A stretch of DNA of 63,755 nucleotides, filler included, from Saprolegnia diclina VS20 (Eukaryota): NCBI RefSeq assembly GCF_000281045.1. It is 3 parts of 2 records of this genome, joined end to end, with 100 filler letters (N's around TTAATTAATTAA, not from the genome) between each part and the next. Parts side by side here need not be neighbours in the genome. Positions count along the whole stretch, not along the records: positions 30,071 to 61,150 come from NW_008246107.1; 2 more parts are not named here. One strand, given 5' to 3'. Within the stretch, counting starts at the first letter, position 1. Each line of letters starts with the position of its first letter. The notes under the pieces were generated by a model. That model was not told the DNA's origin. It searched no databases and was given only the letters and a program-made list of their open reading frames with translations. Made by a program: the position numbers and the translations under genes. Of this stretch, positions 34,672-48,311 are shown in pieces.

Positions 34672-37600
34672 CTAGGGCAGCAGGTCGCTGCGAAAGCCGA
34701 GCAGCAGCGGCGATGTGGTCTCGGCCAAGTAGACTTCTAGTGCCAGACCCGTCTCAATCGGCGACGCTCGCGCCTGCAAATGCAGCTCCACGACGTGGTT
34801 GGCATCGCCCATGCGGTTCTCTTCGAGCCTAAAAACCATCCATATACAACCATAGCAAATCCCACCACACAACTTACAGCTGAGCGACAACGTAGTCGAG
34901 CGCTGGCGAAGGTGACGACGACGACGCGACAAACTCGCAGTACGACGGCGCAATCTCTGATTGACCAAGGACGTCGCGGGTGCATTGGCGCTCGACAATG
35001 CGGTCGGCGACCCACGAGAGGCAGCGTCGATGGCCGGCCTCGAGACGGTCCAGCGGCAGTCGAAAGAGCACGCGGAGGAGCGCTACGAGGTAGCTGGCAT
35101 CGCGCGCCACGAGCATTTCGAGCATCGCCAACCGCGCTTGCTGCTGCGGCACGGTAAGCGCGCACTCGACGGCCACGTCGTGAATTGACAGTGGCAGTTG
35201 CATGTACGTCAGCCCGTCGAGCGCATCGACGAGACCTCGAAGGTCGAGACGCTCCAAGAACGGGCACTGCTGCAGACTCAAAACGATGCTCGATAGCACG
35301 TGCTGAACGCGCGGTACGTCGGCGTCGTCCAAGTGCGAGGCTGTCGCCAGTTGCTGCAGCGGCCAGAGCAGCACGCGGTTGTAGAGCGCCACCATGTCCT
35401 ACGTACACGATGAGCGCATACATCACTAACGAAGAGGGAACCATGGACGACGCCTGAAGAACCGGAAGACGGCTGAGGGGTCGGAGCAGCTGGAAGAGCG
35501 ACGGAAACATCTCGAGCGCCGTCATTTGTGATAAAATGCGCTGCCAGAGCGATGCGTCGTGGATCGTATACGCGAGCATGAGCGTCGCGAGAAGGTCGAC
35601 GACGTCGCGCTTCGTGTGGTGTTCGCGCCAGAGTCCGCGCACGAGCGCCGCCTTGTCGCACTGCACAAAGTGGCCAAACGCTTGGGGAAACTGCAGCGCC
35701 TCAAAGCGCGCCAAGTGACAACAGTGCTACGTTCCACAACCTCAAATCAAAATAATGACGCTTTCAGGTTGCAGTACCTGGCGCATTGCGAGCAGCTCTG
35801 CGTGCGTCACGCCAGATAGGACGCTCTCGACACTGGCATCGAGCGTCCGAAGGAGCTGCACGAGCAGCTGCAGCGCACGGTGCTTGGCGCGGTACGTGAC
35901 GCCAGACCGCGGCGCCGGATTCGACGCATACGCCCATAATGCCGCGCCCGTTGCGGCCAGCGGCTCGTCGGCGCATGCGTAGACGAGGCGGTCGACAAGT
36001 GCCGTCTCGTTGGGGTCATCGCCAGCGCTAAACGCAGCCCAGAGACCAGGCGCGTCGTTGGAAGGAGGTGCGCACTGCTGTAGACGCCGGAGCATCCAGT
36101 CCTTCCGGATGCTGCTGATCGACTGGCGGTGCAGTCGCGCGACTTGCGCCGCCATGGCGTTCACGAGTGGGCTCATTTGCTTGTGCGCAAGGTGGCCGAA
36201 GGTCTCGTAGAGGTGCCCAATGACGTCAGCGGGTGAGGTGTACGACGGACACGGCGTCGGCGCTGCATCTTCTGCAAAGTGGTTCGCAGCCGCAAGCCAG
36301 CACTGGTCAGTTTGGATGCGAAGTAGCTTGAGCTGCAGCCGCGTCGTGGCCTCGGAGCCTACGAATGCGAGCTTGGCCTCGTCTCCTTGCTGCGCGTGTG
36401 GCGGCGCCTGCGTCAGCAGCAGAGCAAATTTAAGCGCTGCGACCGTGTGCTCTTGGAACGGCGGCTTGTACTTTTCTGAGAGCCATTCCGTCGTCGTCAC
36501 CTGTCAAGCTGTCAGGGACGCATATATCTGATTGGGCAGAAGGTACCTTGTGCTGCAGGCTGCTGAGATGCTGCAGGATCTCGGTAAAAGACGCAAAGGG
36601 TAGCGTCAACGACTGCTCGGTCGTGTGCTGAAGCACCAGCTTCTTGATGAGACGCATGTACATCTCATCCGGATCGAGGTCGAGCGGCCCCGAGAGCGAT
36701 ACGAGTTGCACCTATATACACGTGAGAGAATTTCTTGTCAAAGAGAGTCGAGTACCACGGACGCCGACGACAGTTCCGGCTCAAGAACTGCCCACGGATC
36801 ATGGAGCAGTTCGTGGAATGGCAGCGGCGGCTGGAACGACTCGAGAAAGCTCAGAACTTGGAGTCGGTTGGCGATTTCGTCTTGCTCGCCAAAGTTGGAC
36901 TGCTGGAGGAGTTCGAGCACGAACCGCAGGCGCGCATAGTCCCGCGTCGGAAGGTTGCCGAGCACCGAAACAAGCAGTTGCAGTAGCTACAAAGAATGTG
37001 TAAATCACATCTCTACGATGGTTTTGGTGGTAGCGAACCTCGTGCTGGTGAATGTCCTCGAGGACACCGACAATGCGACTGGCGTAGTCGGTGCTGCTTG
37101 TGTCCAAGAGGAGGGCCTTGACAAAGAGAAGGCACGGGTAGCTGTCGGGAATGTTGTACTGGCGCGTAAACTCAAGGACGCAGTAGAGATCGAGCGACGT
37201 GGCTTGCAGCAGCTGCGGTACAATGGCCTGCAGCACTGTAACATCCCGCCGTTCGCTCTGGAAGGCCTGCCAAGAAAAATGAGCCAGAGACAACTCAAAG
37301 TCGAGTACCTTGTGCTCGCAGGCGATGCCGAGGAGGTTGAGGTGGTGCCACCACTTGGCGTTGCTCTCGAGCTCGTTGCACTGGTTCAAAAAGGCGATTT
37401 GCTGCCAATTACGCGCCGCGTCCGACCCAATGCGAGCCAACTACGCTGCACGTGAGAGCGTTCCGCAGGTGCATCAAGGGCACCTGCTGGAGCCGCGCAA
37501 AGTCCTTGTAGACATTCTCCCGCACAATCTGCTTCTTGAACGCCGTGTACGCCGACTGCTGCTCCATGCTCAAGAGGTATCTACCACAGGGTCAGTAACA

Positions 37601-40600
37601 AAATGGATAGAAAGATAAGACCCGAGAGCCAAGTCTCGATCGATGCGCGGCGCATGCATGATGACCGAGAGCATGTGATCGAGCTGGCGACCAAGCACCT
37701 AGACCGGACTGAGACGCTGGTGCAATAGAAAGGACGCACCGAGCGTGCGTCCTGCGGGACTGTCGGCATGTGGAGCAGCGCTTTGATCGCCAGCGGATGT
37801 GCCTGCGCGTCGACAAGGTGCGAGAGGAGCGGCGTCGACGCCATCACGAGCCGGTCTTCGTCGCCGTCGTGCATCCAGAGCGCCATCACGTACTGCACTG
37901 CGAGCGGGAGCACACTGGGCGCCAACACGACGGACGACCCACGGTACCACTCGTCGTACACCTACGCTTAATCATGAAAAAACGAAATAAGGTGACGTGA
38001 CTACCCGCCACGACTGCAACGCTTCGAAGATTGCGTCCCGCTGCCGCGTCTGGTCGTCCGTAAAGCTGTATACGTGCTGGAGAAGCGACGCGAGCTTGAG
38101 GAGCGGCCATGCTGTGATGACGCGCGGGTTTTGCAGCACGGCCAACGTCAAGAGCTCAACCGCGAGGTTGATGTTTGGCGCGTGCTGCACCGATCGCTTG
38201 ACCGCCACTAGGTGGTGCAGCAGCGCCACCGCAATGTCTTTGAGCTGCTCGGGGTGGGACCGCCGCGCGAATCGTAGCGCCTGGTCCGTGTTGCCGGCCT
38301 TGGCGGCGAGAAGCGCGAGGAAGGACCGAAATTGGTCGGGCGTGTGGCCCAAGAGCGAGCTCAGGCGCTGCGTTGTGTTCACGGCCGCGAGCGCCTCCGC
38401 AGACGCTGCGGGCGGTTGAGCGACTGCCACGATCTGCGTCACGCGCTTGCGCTTGAGCGACGGCGTCGGCTGCGTCAGCGACTTGACCCACGGCTGCAGC
38501 TGCGACTCGAGGAGCTCCGTGTGGCTGCCGTCGCGCTGGTACGTGCGCAGCGAGAGCGCAATGCCAAACTCCTTGTAGAGCGCCGCCATTTTCATGAGGT
38601 CGCGCCGAAGCGGTAGCGTAATCGTTCGCTCCAAGAGCGCGTGGGGGCCGTCTTTCGCAGCGTCGTACTGCGTGAGGACGGCCGACACGAGACCGAGCAC
38701 ATAGCTGAGCGTGTGTCCGAGTCCGTCCTTCTCGCAGGTGCGCTCGTGCGTCTCGAGCCGCAAGAGCCCAAACTGGACGACCTCGACGGCCGCGGACCAT
38801 CGCATCGGCGTCGCGAGCGCCTGGCTCATCATGTTGAAAGCATCCGAAACTATTTTCCTACCTTGAGTGCGGCAACGAGTCGGCCTTGTCGGTCGTCCGA
38901 CCACGTCGACGCGAGAACGTTCTGAGAAAATTGCACGACGATGCGGTGCTCGTGGAGGTGCCGAAAGGCGCGGGCGAGCTGCAGCGCGTCCTCGAGTGCG
39001 GAATGCCGGTCGATTTGGCCGCAAATGTACCGGCAAAAGCGCGACGCAAAGAGCGCGTCCGTGGCGAGGAACGGGCGAAGACCGTACGCGACGCACATGT
39101 CCTGGAGCTCCATGACGCGCAGCTGCGCTTGGAGCTCGACGCGGCAGAGGCTCGGCCACACGCTTGCCTCGTGCGCCAGAGCCACAATCGCGGCGTCGTA
39201 CGGCGCGCGGACGGCCTGCAGAAACGACAAAGCTGCCCCCGCACGCTTTTCGACGCTCTCGATGCGCGGGATGAGCACGCGGCACCGGTGCGCTTCGGTC
39301 GTTTGCAGCAGCTACTCGACGTGTCCATTCTATGCCTACCATGTCGAAGAGCAGTACCTGGCTGCTCGTTGCCTTCTCTGCAATGTACTCGGTCAACACG
39401 TCGTCGAGGGAGACGGTGTCGCACAAGGCGAGGAGCGGCTGCACGTGGCAAGCGAGCTCCGACGCCATGAGGTCGGGCACAAGGACGCGGTCCAGCATGC
39501 TCATAGCTATGCCCGCCATGCTCGCCTACGCATCGTCGTCAAATCTCAACGTCGCAAGCGCCATCATACCATCTGGAAGGCTCGAAGCGAGAGATGAAAC
39601 CCATGGACCTCGTCCTACACCGCGTTCAATCATCTCTTTCGCAACATTCGTCGCATGTACGAGGTACGCAAGCTGCTGGAGCTGCACGTCAAGTGCGCGG
39701 AGGTCGTCGTGGGGCGACTCGTGACCGTCGCCATGGCGGGGCGGGTACCGCCAAAGACGGTCTTTCGGAATGCACTGCGGCCGCAATAGCTCGGTCCACG
39801 CCCGCGCTTCGTCGACGTCGCCTTCGTCCGCCAAGGCCGTCGCGCGCTGCACGATTGCGGTCGTCAGGTCGTGAAGCGAAACGCGATATTCTTCAAACGC
39901 CGGGAGGACGTCGTCGAGGATCCATGACCGCACAGTGTGGGCCGACACGTCGCTCGGGAGGAGCTCGAGCGTGAAGGCGCGCACCAAGTCGGCGCTGACG
40001 TGGCGACGCCAGAGCACTTGAAGCCGCGACAAGGCGCCTTGTGTAAGAAGCAGTCGCAGAACGTCTTCGAGCGGCGCCGATCGGAACGAAAGCCACGCAT
40101 CGAGCGTGATCGGGGCCACGTCCGGCGCGCACAACAGCTGGAACGTCGTCCACTTGTACTGGACGCTCGCAATGCGCGCGAGGAGCGCGGCGTCGGCGAG
40201 TCCGTCCTGCTCGTCGTACGCCCAGCTCTCGAGCGCGTCCAAGAGCGTGTCCATGTCTTCGCTGCGCGGAAACGTGAGCTCCAAAATGGCGCCAACCGCC
40301 TCGGGTGATGCCTGCACGTGCGTCCAGATCGCGAGCTGGAAGGCCTCTTTCGACACGCCGTGCGTCGGGGCTTGCATGTCGTCACAGAGTTGCTGGAGCA
40401 GCGAGACGCCCAAGGGTGCGAGCGACGCTTGCTGCTGAAAGACGCGGTAGGTTTCGATGACATTCTCGCTCGTCATCCCGATCAAGAGAAGGTCCGGACC
40501 GCACGGGACAAGCACGCTGTTGCGTTGACCAGGAAACGCAAACGACGTGCAGCTCGTCACGTCGCCAGTTGAGCGCCAGAGCCCTCGGTACTGCAGCGAG

Positions 40601-41658
40601 ACGACCTGCACCGTCACGGTCACCGTATCTGTCTCGCAGGCGACGGCGAGGCTCCAATGAGAGAGCGCGTAGGCAGCGACGACGCGCTCGACGGGCATCT
40701 CGTGCAGAAAGGTCAGCGTCGTTGCGTCCCACCTACACATATCCGGTGAGCGCAGAGCAAGAAGCGACAACCAAGATACCAAGTAATACAAGAGGACGAT
40801 ACGGCCACGAGGAGCTGCGCGTCGTCGCTCAGGTGTAAGTGCAGAACCGGCCCGGTAGTCGACGCCGCCGTCACGCTGCCATCGCGCTGCCGGTGCATGA
40901 GCCTCCAGTATGAGAGCTATAGTACGTACGATGAACGAGTGCGAAACCTTGTTGGGGTCGCCGGGCGATGGGACGAGTCCCGACGTCCACCGGGAGACGG
41001 CGGCAAGGCCGTGGTTGGCGACAAACACCGTCGTGGACCCGGTGGGGTTGCGCGCCAGTTGCATCTACGTCCATGCTCGTCGAGAAGAAGAGTATGAACT
41101 TGCTCGTACCATAGACGAATGCTGTGCATGAGTCTGAGCGCCCACGGCAGCCATACGCAGTCGGACCTTCTGGAAGAGCGTCGGGAGGGCCGGCGGCGGG
41201 TCCATAGCGAGGTCGTTCAAGTCGACGTCCTCGACTGCGATGAGCTTTCCGCTGCGTAATAGCACGAATATGTCGAGGAGCGTCCCATCGCGCACGGCCA
41301 TCTGCGCTTGCGTAATGGCGTCGTCCTTGGCGATCGGGTAGGTGAGGAGCACCGTGCACTGTTCGTCGTCGCCGACGCGGGCGAGCTGCACCGACCCGTC
41401 GAGCAACCCTCGCAGCTCAAGCTCCATGGACCCATGTACGATCGTCGAGATGCAGGTCACGGCCGCGCAGCGCTCCCATCGCGACGCGTCCAGGTCCATT
41501 TCGACGCAGCGGCTTGAACCCCCCTCGGCGCCGGCCATGGCGAGGAGCATGCGCGGGCGTCGACCTGCGTCGAGGAGGAAGCAGTGGTTCATGTGCATGG
41601 GGACGTCCCCTTCCTCGCGGAAGGCCTCCATGCGCTCGTGGCCGTACGTCGCTTCCAT
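34672..41658 (-). CDS. KNTC1: Kinetochore protein Rough Deal (Rod/KNTC1)-like, multi-exon
   Basis: ~7-kb multi-exon gene with a beta-rich N-terminus and a helical solenoid. C-terminal motifs NAKWWHHLNLLGI, VLEFTRQYNI, VAALKFAL, TYRAKHRALQLL and LVRGLWREH resemble the Rod C-terminal domain. Confidence 0.75.
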
Positions 41659-41926
41659 CGTCCGCGCCTCGGCGCTCGTCGGGTGGCGAAAAGGTATGAC
41701 TTTCAGCCAATGAGCGCGCGCGGCCCATGGCGCGAACGACGCCCAATTTCAGATCGGATAAATGCACGCAACTTTAGCTGCCTCGTGCTCGTTCAACAGA
41801 GGCCAGGCCGCCATCGCGCTGAGCCATAGACCAGTAGCTGCGTCCTCGCTTGGTCGGAGCCTTACTGAGAGAAGCCTGGGATCGTATACTAATTTCAGTC
41901 GATTGTTGTTTATATATATGGTGTCA

Positions 41927-43177
41927 CTAGCTCGTCGAGGCTTGTACAAACTCGGCAAACTCGGGCGCCTCGATGAGCGTGCCCAAGAGGCGCTCGGCTT
42001 GCTCGCGTGGCCGTGGCGACGCGAGGTTGGCGACAAGAAAGAGCTCGGGGCTCACGCTCGCTCGGTGGAGGTGCCGGCGCACCTTCTGGTACTTGGCGAG
42101 CTTCTCCATGACGCCCATGGCGCGGACCTTCTGGTCGTCGTCGCCGTTCGGGTCCGAGAGAAGGCCGACGATCGCCTTGAAGATCTCGCTGCACACGAGG
42201 TGGGACGCATGGTCGTTGGCGCTGTCGTGGCGCGCGAGCTCCTCCAAGAGCGCAGTCACGGACGCTCGTTCCTTCTCGGCGCCCTTGGCGATGAGCTGCA
42301 CGAGGCCGTTGACACCGTTGCGCACAAGGACAGTCTCGGGCACGGACGGCATGAAGCTCTTGAGGAACTCGATGCCTGAACCAAAGATGGCCGACGGGTG
42401 CTTGGTGAGAAACTCCGTCACGATCGCCGTGCCCCGCCGCTTGGGCGTCTCGACCTTGATCGCGTCGATGCTCATGCTGCGCTTCTCGCTCACAGGCGAA
42501 AGCAAGTGACTGAAGAGCATTCCGCGGTACTGCGGCACGCTCGCCAGAAAGTGCAGGCACTCGAGCGTCAGCGGAATGCTGTCAGATGTCGTCGGCTCCC
42601 ACAAGTTGCGCAGGAGACCGAGGAGGCGCTCGACCAACGGCGACGTCAGCGACGGGTCGTTGTAGACATACCCAAAGGCAAAGAGAATGCGCAGCGCGTT
42701 CTTGCGCTCGAGGACGACCGGGGACTTGTCCACGTGCAAGCCGACGGCACCAAGGATGTTGGGCACGCCGCTCCGCTCAGTGGCTGCAAACCGCTCAAAC
42801 TGGTGGAGGACCTCGAGCGACTTGCTCGCCTCATCGAGCGCTTGGTCCCGCAGCATGTGGTGGAGGAGGGCGGGCACTCCGCCTTGGCCAATGATCGTGT
42901 CCATCGCCGCGGCATTACCAGCAGCCGCCGAGAGCTCGTCGATGGCTTTTGCGGCTTCTTGCGCCGTCCCTGAGAGCAAGCTGCGCGACCACGACTGCGC
43001 GACCTCGGCGCTAACCGGAGTGCTGACGACCGGCGGCAGCTTTCGACTCGCGGCGCGAGACAATAGCTTGGAGGACTGTGTGCGCCTGGGACTCGACGGC
43101 CCAAGAGTGTCGCTGCCGAGCGACTCGGTCACGAGAACGCTGCTGCTTTCTTCGCGGCTGGACGGACGGATCATCAT
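41927..43177 (-). CDS. Armadillo-like helical repeat protein (paralogue A)
   Basis: Intronless 416-aa ORF with GGVPALL...VRNGVNGLVQLIAKG ARM-like motifs. Confidence 0.8.
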   Translation of the reverse strand: MMIRPSSREESSSVLVTESLGSDTLGPSSPRRTQSSKLLSRAASRKLPPVVSTPVSAEVAQSWSRSLLSGTAQEAAKAIDELSAAAGNAAAMDTIIGQGGVPALLHHMLRDQALDEASKSLEVLHQFERFAATERSGVPNILGAVGLHVDKSPVVLERKNALRILFAFGYVYNDPSLTSPLVERLLGLLRNLWEPTTSDSIPLTLECLHFLASVPQYRGMLFSHLLSPVSEKRSMSIDAIKVETPKRRGTAIVTEFLTKHPSAIFGSGIEFLKSFMPSVPETVLVRNGVNGLVQLIAKGAEKERASVTALLEELARHDSANDHASHLVCSEIFKAIVGLLSDPNGDDDQKVRAMGVMEKLAKYQKVRRHLHRASVSPELFLVANLASPRPREQAERLLGTLIEAPEFAEFVQASTS

Positions 43178-43386
43178 GGTCGCTTTGCGTGGTCGATGAT
43201 GATTCGGTTAATGCGACTGTGCTTCTCGACTGCGCACCCGACGGTTGCAACGTAGCCGTTGACCGCGTTGGCTGCTGGAATCTTGACGCGTCATTTTACC
43301 TCCCACCCCGAATGTTTGGGATTCGCGTCAAATCAAGACGCAGAATACAATGCAGGATCGTGGATTAGGTGTATGGATAGCTTAGT

Positions 43387-44703
43387 CTACGTCGTGGGCT
43401 TGACGTACTCGTTAAAGTCGGGTTGTTCGATGAGCTTGTTGAGGAGGTGCTCGGCCACGCTGCGGCAGCGCGACGACCCGAGGTTGGCCACGAGGTACAG
43501 CTCGGGACTAATGCTCGCGTTGTGCATGTGGCGCCGCGCGACCGGCAACCGCACGAGCTTGTCGATGGCGAGCATGATGCGGATCTTCTGGCCTTCGTCC
43601 ACATGCGGGTTCTTGATGACGCCGACAAGCGCTAAGCAGAGGAGGGCGCCGCAGCGGTTGACGCTCCTTGCGTCCTTCTGGACCTCGTCGCTGGGCTCTG
43701 GGAAAAATTGCTCGAGCACCAGCGCCACGTGAGTGCGGTGGACGTCGCTGCCTTTGGCGATGAGCTGCACGAGGCCATGGACGCCGTTGCGAACGACGTC
43801 GGACGTCTCGTGGGAGCCACTCACGAGTCGCTTGAGGAACCCGAGACCTGACTCGAGCAACGAGCTCGGGCGGTGGTGTGACACGAGTTCTGTGAGCACG
43901 GAGGACGACCGGCGCTTCTGGCCGAGCTTTGGCCCTTGGTCTTCGTTCTCCGAGATGGATTGCCGCCGCTTCTCGACAACCACCGTCGAGAGCACGTGGG
44001 CGAGCGCGCCTCGGTAGGCCGGCACGTTGGCGACCATTTCCATCGTCTCGAGACTCTCAAGCACGTTCTCGGGCGTCTGTGGGCTCCAGAGGTCGCGCAC
44101 GAGGTCGCTCAGGTACCCGTGGATCTGCGTCATGAGACTCGGGGACGGCGTCGCGCCCGGGGGATACGGCTGCGTGAACGCGAACGAGAGGAAGACGCGG
44201 AGCGCGTTCCGGCGCTCAAAGAGCGCGCGGCCATACGAGAGGCTGCTCGCGACACGCTCGAGCACGTTCGGCGCATTTTCTCGCTGCGTCGACGTGAAGA
44301 GATAGAAGCGGAAGAGCGTCTCGAGGGACCGCGCCGTCTCGCTGAGCGCCGTGTCTCGAACGACAAAGTGGACGAGTGCGGGCACGCAGCCGTGGGCGAT
44401 GAGAAAATCGATGGCCGTCGCGTCATTCGCGCTCAAAATCGCGTGAAATTCGGCGAGCGCCGCGTGCGCCTCCTTGGCGGTACCCGAGAGCAAGTGCCGC
44501 GCCCACATCTGAACGCTCTCGATCGTGAGCACCTGCTTGGTGTGCGTACTGGAAGCGAGCGTCGTGACCGAGAGCAGCGTGCCCCGGGACGAGCCCGTTG
44601 TCGCCTCGACCATCCGCCGGGACTCTTGCTTGGACAAGGTCGAGCGTTGCGACGCCTGCTTTTGGAGGCTCTGCGGCGTGCTCGGGCGATCGAGTGAGTC
44701 CAT
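43387..44703 (-). CDS. Armadillo-like helical repeat protein (paralogue B)
   Basis: Intronless 438-aa ORF collinear with paralogue A (LLSGTAKEA, GCVPALV, ERRNALRVF, VRNGVHGLVQLIAKG, SPELYLVANL). Confidence 0.8.
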   Translation of the reverse strand: MDSLDRPSTPQSLQKQASQRSTLSKQESRRMVEATTGSSRGTLLSVTTLASSTHTKQVLTIESVQMWARHLLSGTAKEAHAALAEFHAILSANDATAIDFLIAHGCVPALVHFVVRDTALSETARSLETLFRFYLFTSTQRENAPNVLERVASSLSYGRALFERRNALRVFLSFAFTQPYPPGATPSPSLMTQIHGYLSDLVRDLWSPQTPENVLESLETMEMVANVPAYRGALAHVLSTVVVEKRRQSISENEDQGPKLGQKRRSSSVLTELVSHHRPSSLLESGLGFLKRLVSGSHETSDVVRNGVHGLVQLIAKGSDVHRTHVALVLEQFFPEPSDEVQKDARSVNRCGALLCLALVGVIKNPHVDEGQKIRIMLAIDKLVRLPVARRHMHNASISPELYLVANLGSSRCRSVAEHLLNKLIEQPDFNEYVKPTT

Positions 44704-44925
44704 GGCGTCGACTTTATTTGTGAGAAAGACGCTCTAAATCGAGATCCGTTAGTGGTCACCCGCCGAAAAAAGATATAGCGGTGGCACTAATATATATCGA
44801 CACGCGAATATGTTGAGCATCACGGATGCGTGGTGTGACCCATCCTTCCTCGGTGGGGTCAAAGGGTATGTGAAGGGGTAGGGTATCATAGTTTTTCTTA
44901 TTTACTGGCATATAAGTGTTGCGCG

Positions 44926-47728
44926 CTACTTTTGTCGCAGCAAAGCGTCGAGCGCGACGGCAAACATGGTCTCTTGAAACGAGCGCACGTTGCTTTTGAG
45001 GCGGCCGAGGCAGTCCTTGACGCTCGCCGCGTTCCGGCCGTTGCTCACGTGCAGCTGCTGCAAAAACTAGTGCGCAAAGCTCAACAACAGTGCAACGGAT
45101 GACGAGCGCGGACCTGTGCGATCGCTTGCTGCTGCGGCGCGGCGTCTTTGGCAGCGCAAATGCGCTCGAGCGTCGCGCCCATCGCGTCGTGCGAGAGGAC
45201 GTCCAAGTACGGCGACGAGTAAAACGACACGATCGAGAGGATCGCAAGACCCACGTCGCACGTGGCGGCGGCCGTCAGCGACGCGATCACGAGCAGCTGA
45301 ACCTGGCCAAACACGCTGTTGAGCTGCTCGGGCTGCGACTTGGCGAGGTCTTCGAGACACGCGTGCAGCACAATGACCGTCGCCTCCGACGGCAGCCGAC
45401 TCGTCTCGTGGTCCAACCCAAGCTGCTTGGCGATCGCGAGCGCGTCCCAGACGCCCCGCACCGACACGAGGTGGTACACAGCGCCGGACGCCCCTGCACA
45501 CAGCGCCTTGGATGCACACCCAGGACGAGTCGCTACGTACCAGTAACAGGCAAGGTCGCAACGTCGCTCGCGCTCTCCTGCAATAGGTCCGAGAGCATTT
45601 GCACGGGCAGACTCAGAAGCACGTCTGCAAAGTTGGCCACTAGACATATCTCGTACACGATGCCGGACGCATGTGACGACGTACGCAGCTCCGGGTACCG
45701 CGCGTGCAGCTTGGCGACGTGCACCAAACCGAGACGCCGGAGATTCAAGGACGCAGACGGCGTAAACTCGCGCTCGAGCAGCGCCAAGCACGTGTCGACG
45801 TGGCACTCGACGGCTGGCGGCGCCGTCGAGAGCGTGGCAAAGTGCAGCACGGACGTGACGACCAGCAGCATTTGGGCCCGCACTTCCCACCTGTAGATAT
45901 TAGTTTGAGACTTTGAAAACTTAGGAGAGGCACCGACCATGTCGATCGGAGGCTGAACGCTAGCAAGCGAGGGACGAGATCCAGCGCGAAATGCGGCGCC
46001 GAGACGAGGAACTGCGGCAGCATCGAGATGCACGCGGCGCGGAGCTTCTCGCAGGCCATGTCGAGGCCGATGCAGCAGTAGTAGTAGTACAAGTCGGCGA
46101 GCGTGTCGTCCATCTCGGTCTCGAGCCCGAGGAGGAGCGCGAGGCAGTGGATAAAGACGTCCATGTTCGGCAAGCCCTCGCGCAGCCGCTTGATCGTCTA
46201 CCCAACACGTTGCGTCACGAGAAATATTGAAATGACAAACTTGAATGTGGGCAACGACTTTGGACGAGCCAAACGCGTAGATCACACGCAGAATCGCGTG
46301 GCGCTTGGTCGGAACCGAGACGAGTATCGCCGACAGCTGCGGCAGCGCATAGTCGGACAAGGCGATGGCGGCGGCCGCCGGGTCCTACGCACGACGTCGC
46401 ACTCGATATATCGCGAGCTGCCACGTACACGCTTGGTGCAGAGCGCGCCGAGGGCCGTCCAAAGCTGGACACTGGCCGTAAAGACCGGATTATCGTCGCC
46501 AAAGTCCCGCAAAAAGGGCACCAAAAGACCGGCAAACTAGACAAAGACGGTAAAATCCCAAAACTCCAATGCAAACCAACCTTCCAAAAGTCTTTGGGTG
46601 AGTCCAAGAGCACGTTGGCGAGGACGCTGCCCGGGTCTACGAGGTCCCGAAACACGTCGGCGGCGTCATCGTCGCTGACGACGCCGCCGGCGCTCACGAC
46701 ACTCAAGAAGGCATCGAACCGGTCCTTCCGCGCGTCCATCTGCGTCAAAATCGACGTGCCCGTGAGCTTGCGCGTGATGTACTCGTTGAGGAGGTCCATG
46801 AGGCGGCGCTTTGGCGGCTTCTCGCCGAGCTCAAGGCCGTCGACGTCGGCGCCGTAGCCGTACTCGGTGTTGCTGGCATTGACCGTCATGGCTGCCGAGG
46901 CTTCGCGCGTGGCGCGCAGGTGCGCGAGGTTGAAGTTTCGGTCGTCGATGGACTTGATCTGCACTTCCTTGACGACGGCTTGCGTGATCACGGGCGATTC
47001 TTCGCCTAGCACTTTTTGCTTGCGGGGGCGCACCTGCAGATTGTGAGAATCTGGTGTTGAATCTGGTTCCGCACCAGTTTGGACTCGGTGGACGAGGGGC
47101 CGTATCGCTCCAGATCGTTGAGTCGGTCCAGCTGCAGTGTTTCTTCGTGCCGCGCGTGGACACTCCGGACCTTCTGGCCCATCTGGAGCTCGTCCGTCGT
47201 TTCTGCAAACTCGGGGCCGCGCATCTTTTCGCGAATGAGCGCCGACCCCGTCGGCTTGGCGTACGGCGGAATGTCCTCTTCGACTGGGCGCGGATGCACC
47301 TGCTGGAGCTCTCGCTTGGTCAAGCACTGGTAGAGCTTCCCGAGGTACGTGACGGCCGCGCCGTTTTCGCAGTGCATGACGGCGTCGGCGTCGGCCTTGC
47401 CGCCGACGAGCTCAAAGTCGGGGACCTTGGCCATGAAGCGCAGGAGCTGGTCCCAGTTGTCCTTCTTGACCTTGAGGCCGATGCCGTTGTCGAACGAGTG
47501 CATGCTAATGTCCTTGTCGTAGTAGCGCGAGAGGATCTCGGCGATGAGAAAACCATTTGAAAAGTCCCTACTGTACACTCAAGAGGATTCGGCGGCAGTC
47601 AGAACGCACCGTTTGATGTTCTTGAGCGAGTAGGCCAGGTCGAGGCTCTGGAGCCACCGGAGGAGCTCGCGGTTGAGCTTGTTGGCGCCCGCCGACGCCA
47701 CCGCCCCGGTCGACCCCGGGCTCGTCAT
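44926..47728 (-). CDS. SPATA4/SPEF1-like calponin-homology (CH) domain protein, probably flagellar, multi-exon
   Basis: LNRELLRWLQSLDLAYSLKNIK|RDFSNGFLIAEILSRYY...MHSFDNG...KKDNWDQL. Confidence 0.85.
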
Positions 47729-48311
47729 CGCGTCCGAGTAAAATTAGACCCGTAACCTCTTGAATAAATACTTGTAAAATTCATATATACTTTGATTGCC
47801 TTCGTCTCGGCAACAAACCACCTTGGGCAAGGGGTGGGGGTACACTGACGAACGGCAACGCATGAGCCAGACGCTGGATCTGGACACCGAGGCGAGTCGG
47901 TCATGTACGTGGGTTGCGCAGTTGGATTCGAACCGTCGACGTGAAGTTGCCCGTCGAGGTTCAACGCACACTAGTTCCTGTATCTACAGTGCTACCTGCG
48001 GTCGGTGCTGCTGGGCAGCTTGGCGCCAACTCCGTATGCAATGCAACCTCGGGATTGGCTGAAATTCAAATCCTTTCGCGTTCTCAACTGCTGATTTTTA
48101 GCAAGAAAATCTCGAGCTAGGACTTACTAGGAGACTATTAGTCGTCGCTGATGGACTATAAACAACGCACGGCAAGCGATCAATCCGCGTCTGAGCAGCA
48201 GCCATTGGTTCCAACTGCACTTCAACAATCGTTCTCCATTTCGCGCGCAGCTGCGACCGTATCCGGACATCCCGTTTCAAAATCGGTTCGTATCCGGTAG
48301 ATTTACGAAGG

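Noticed and set aside
44838..44862. Small TGACCC...GGGTCA hairpin as a possible snoRNA
   Set aside because: No canonical C/D or H/ACA boxes, and the stem is short enough to arise by chance.
47924..47934. GGTTCGAATCC B-box on the minus strand suggesting a tRNA or SINE
   Set aside because: The T-stem does not pair (GACGG/CCAAC) and no A-box or cloverleaf is visible.
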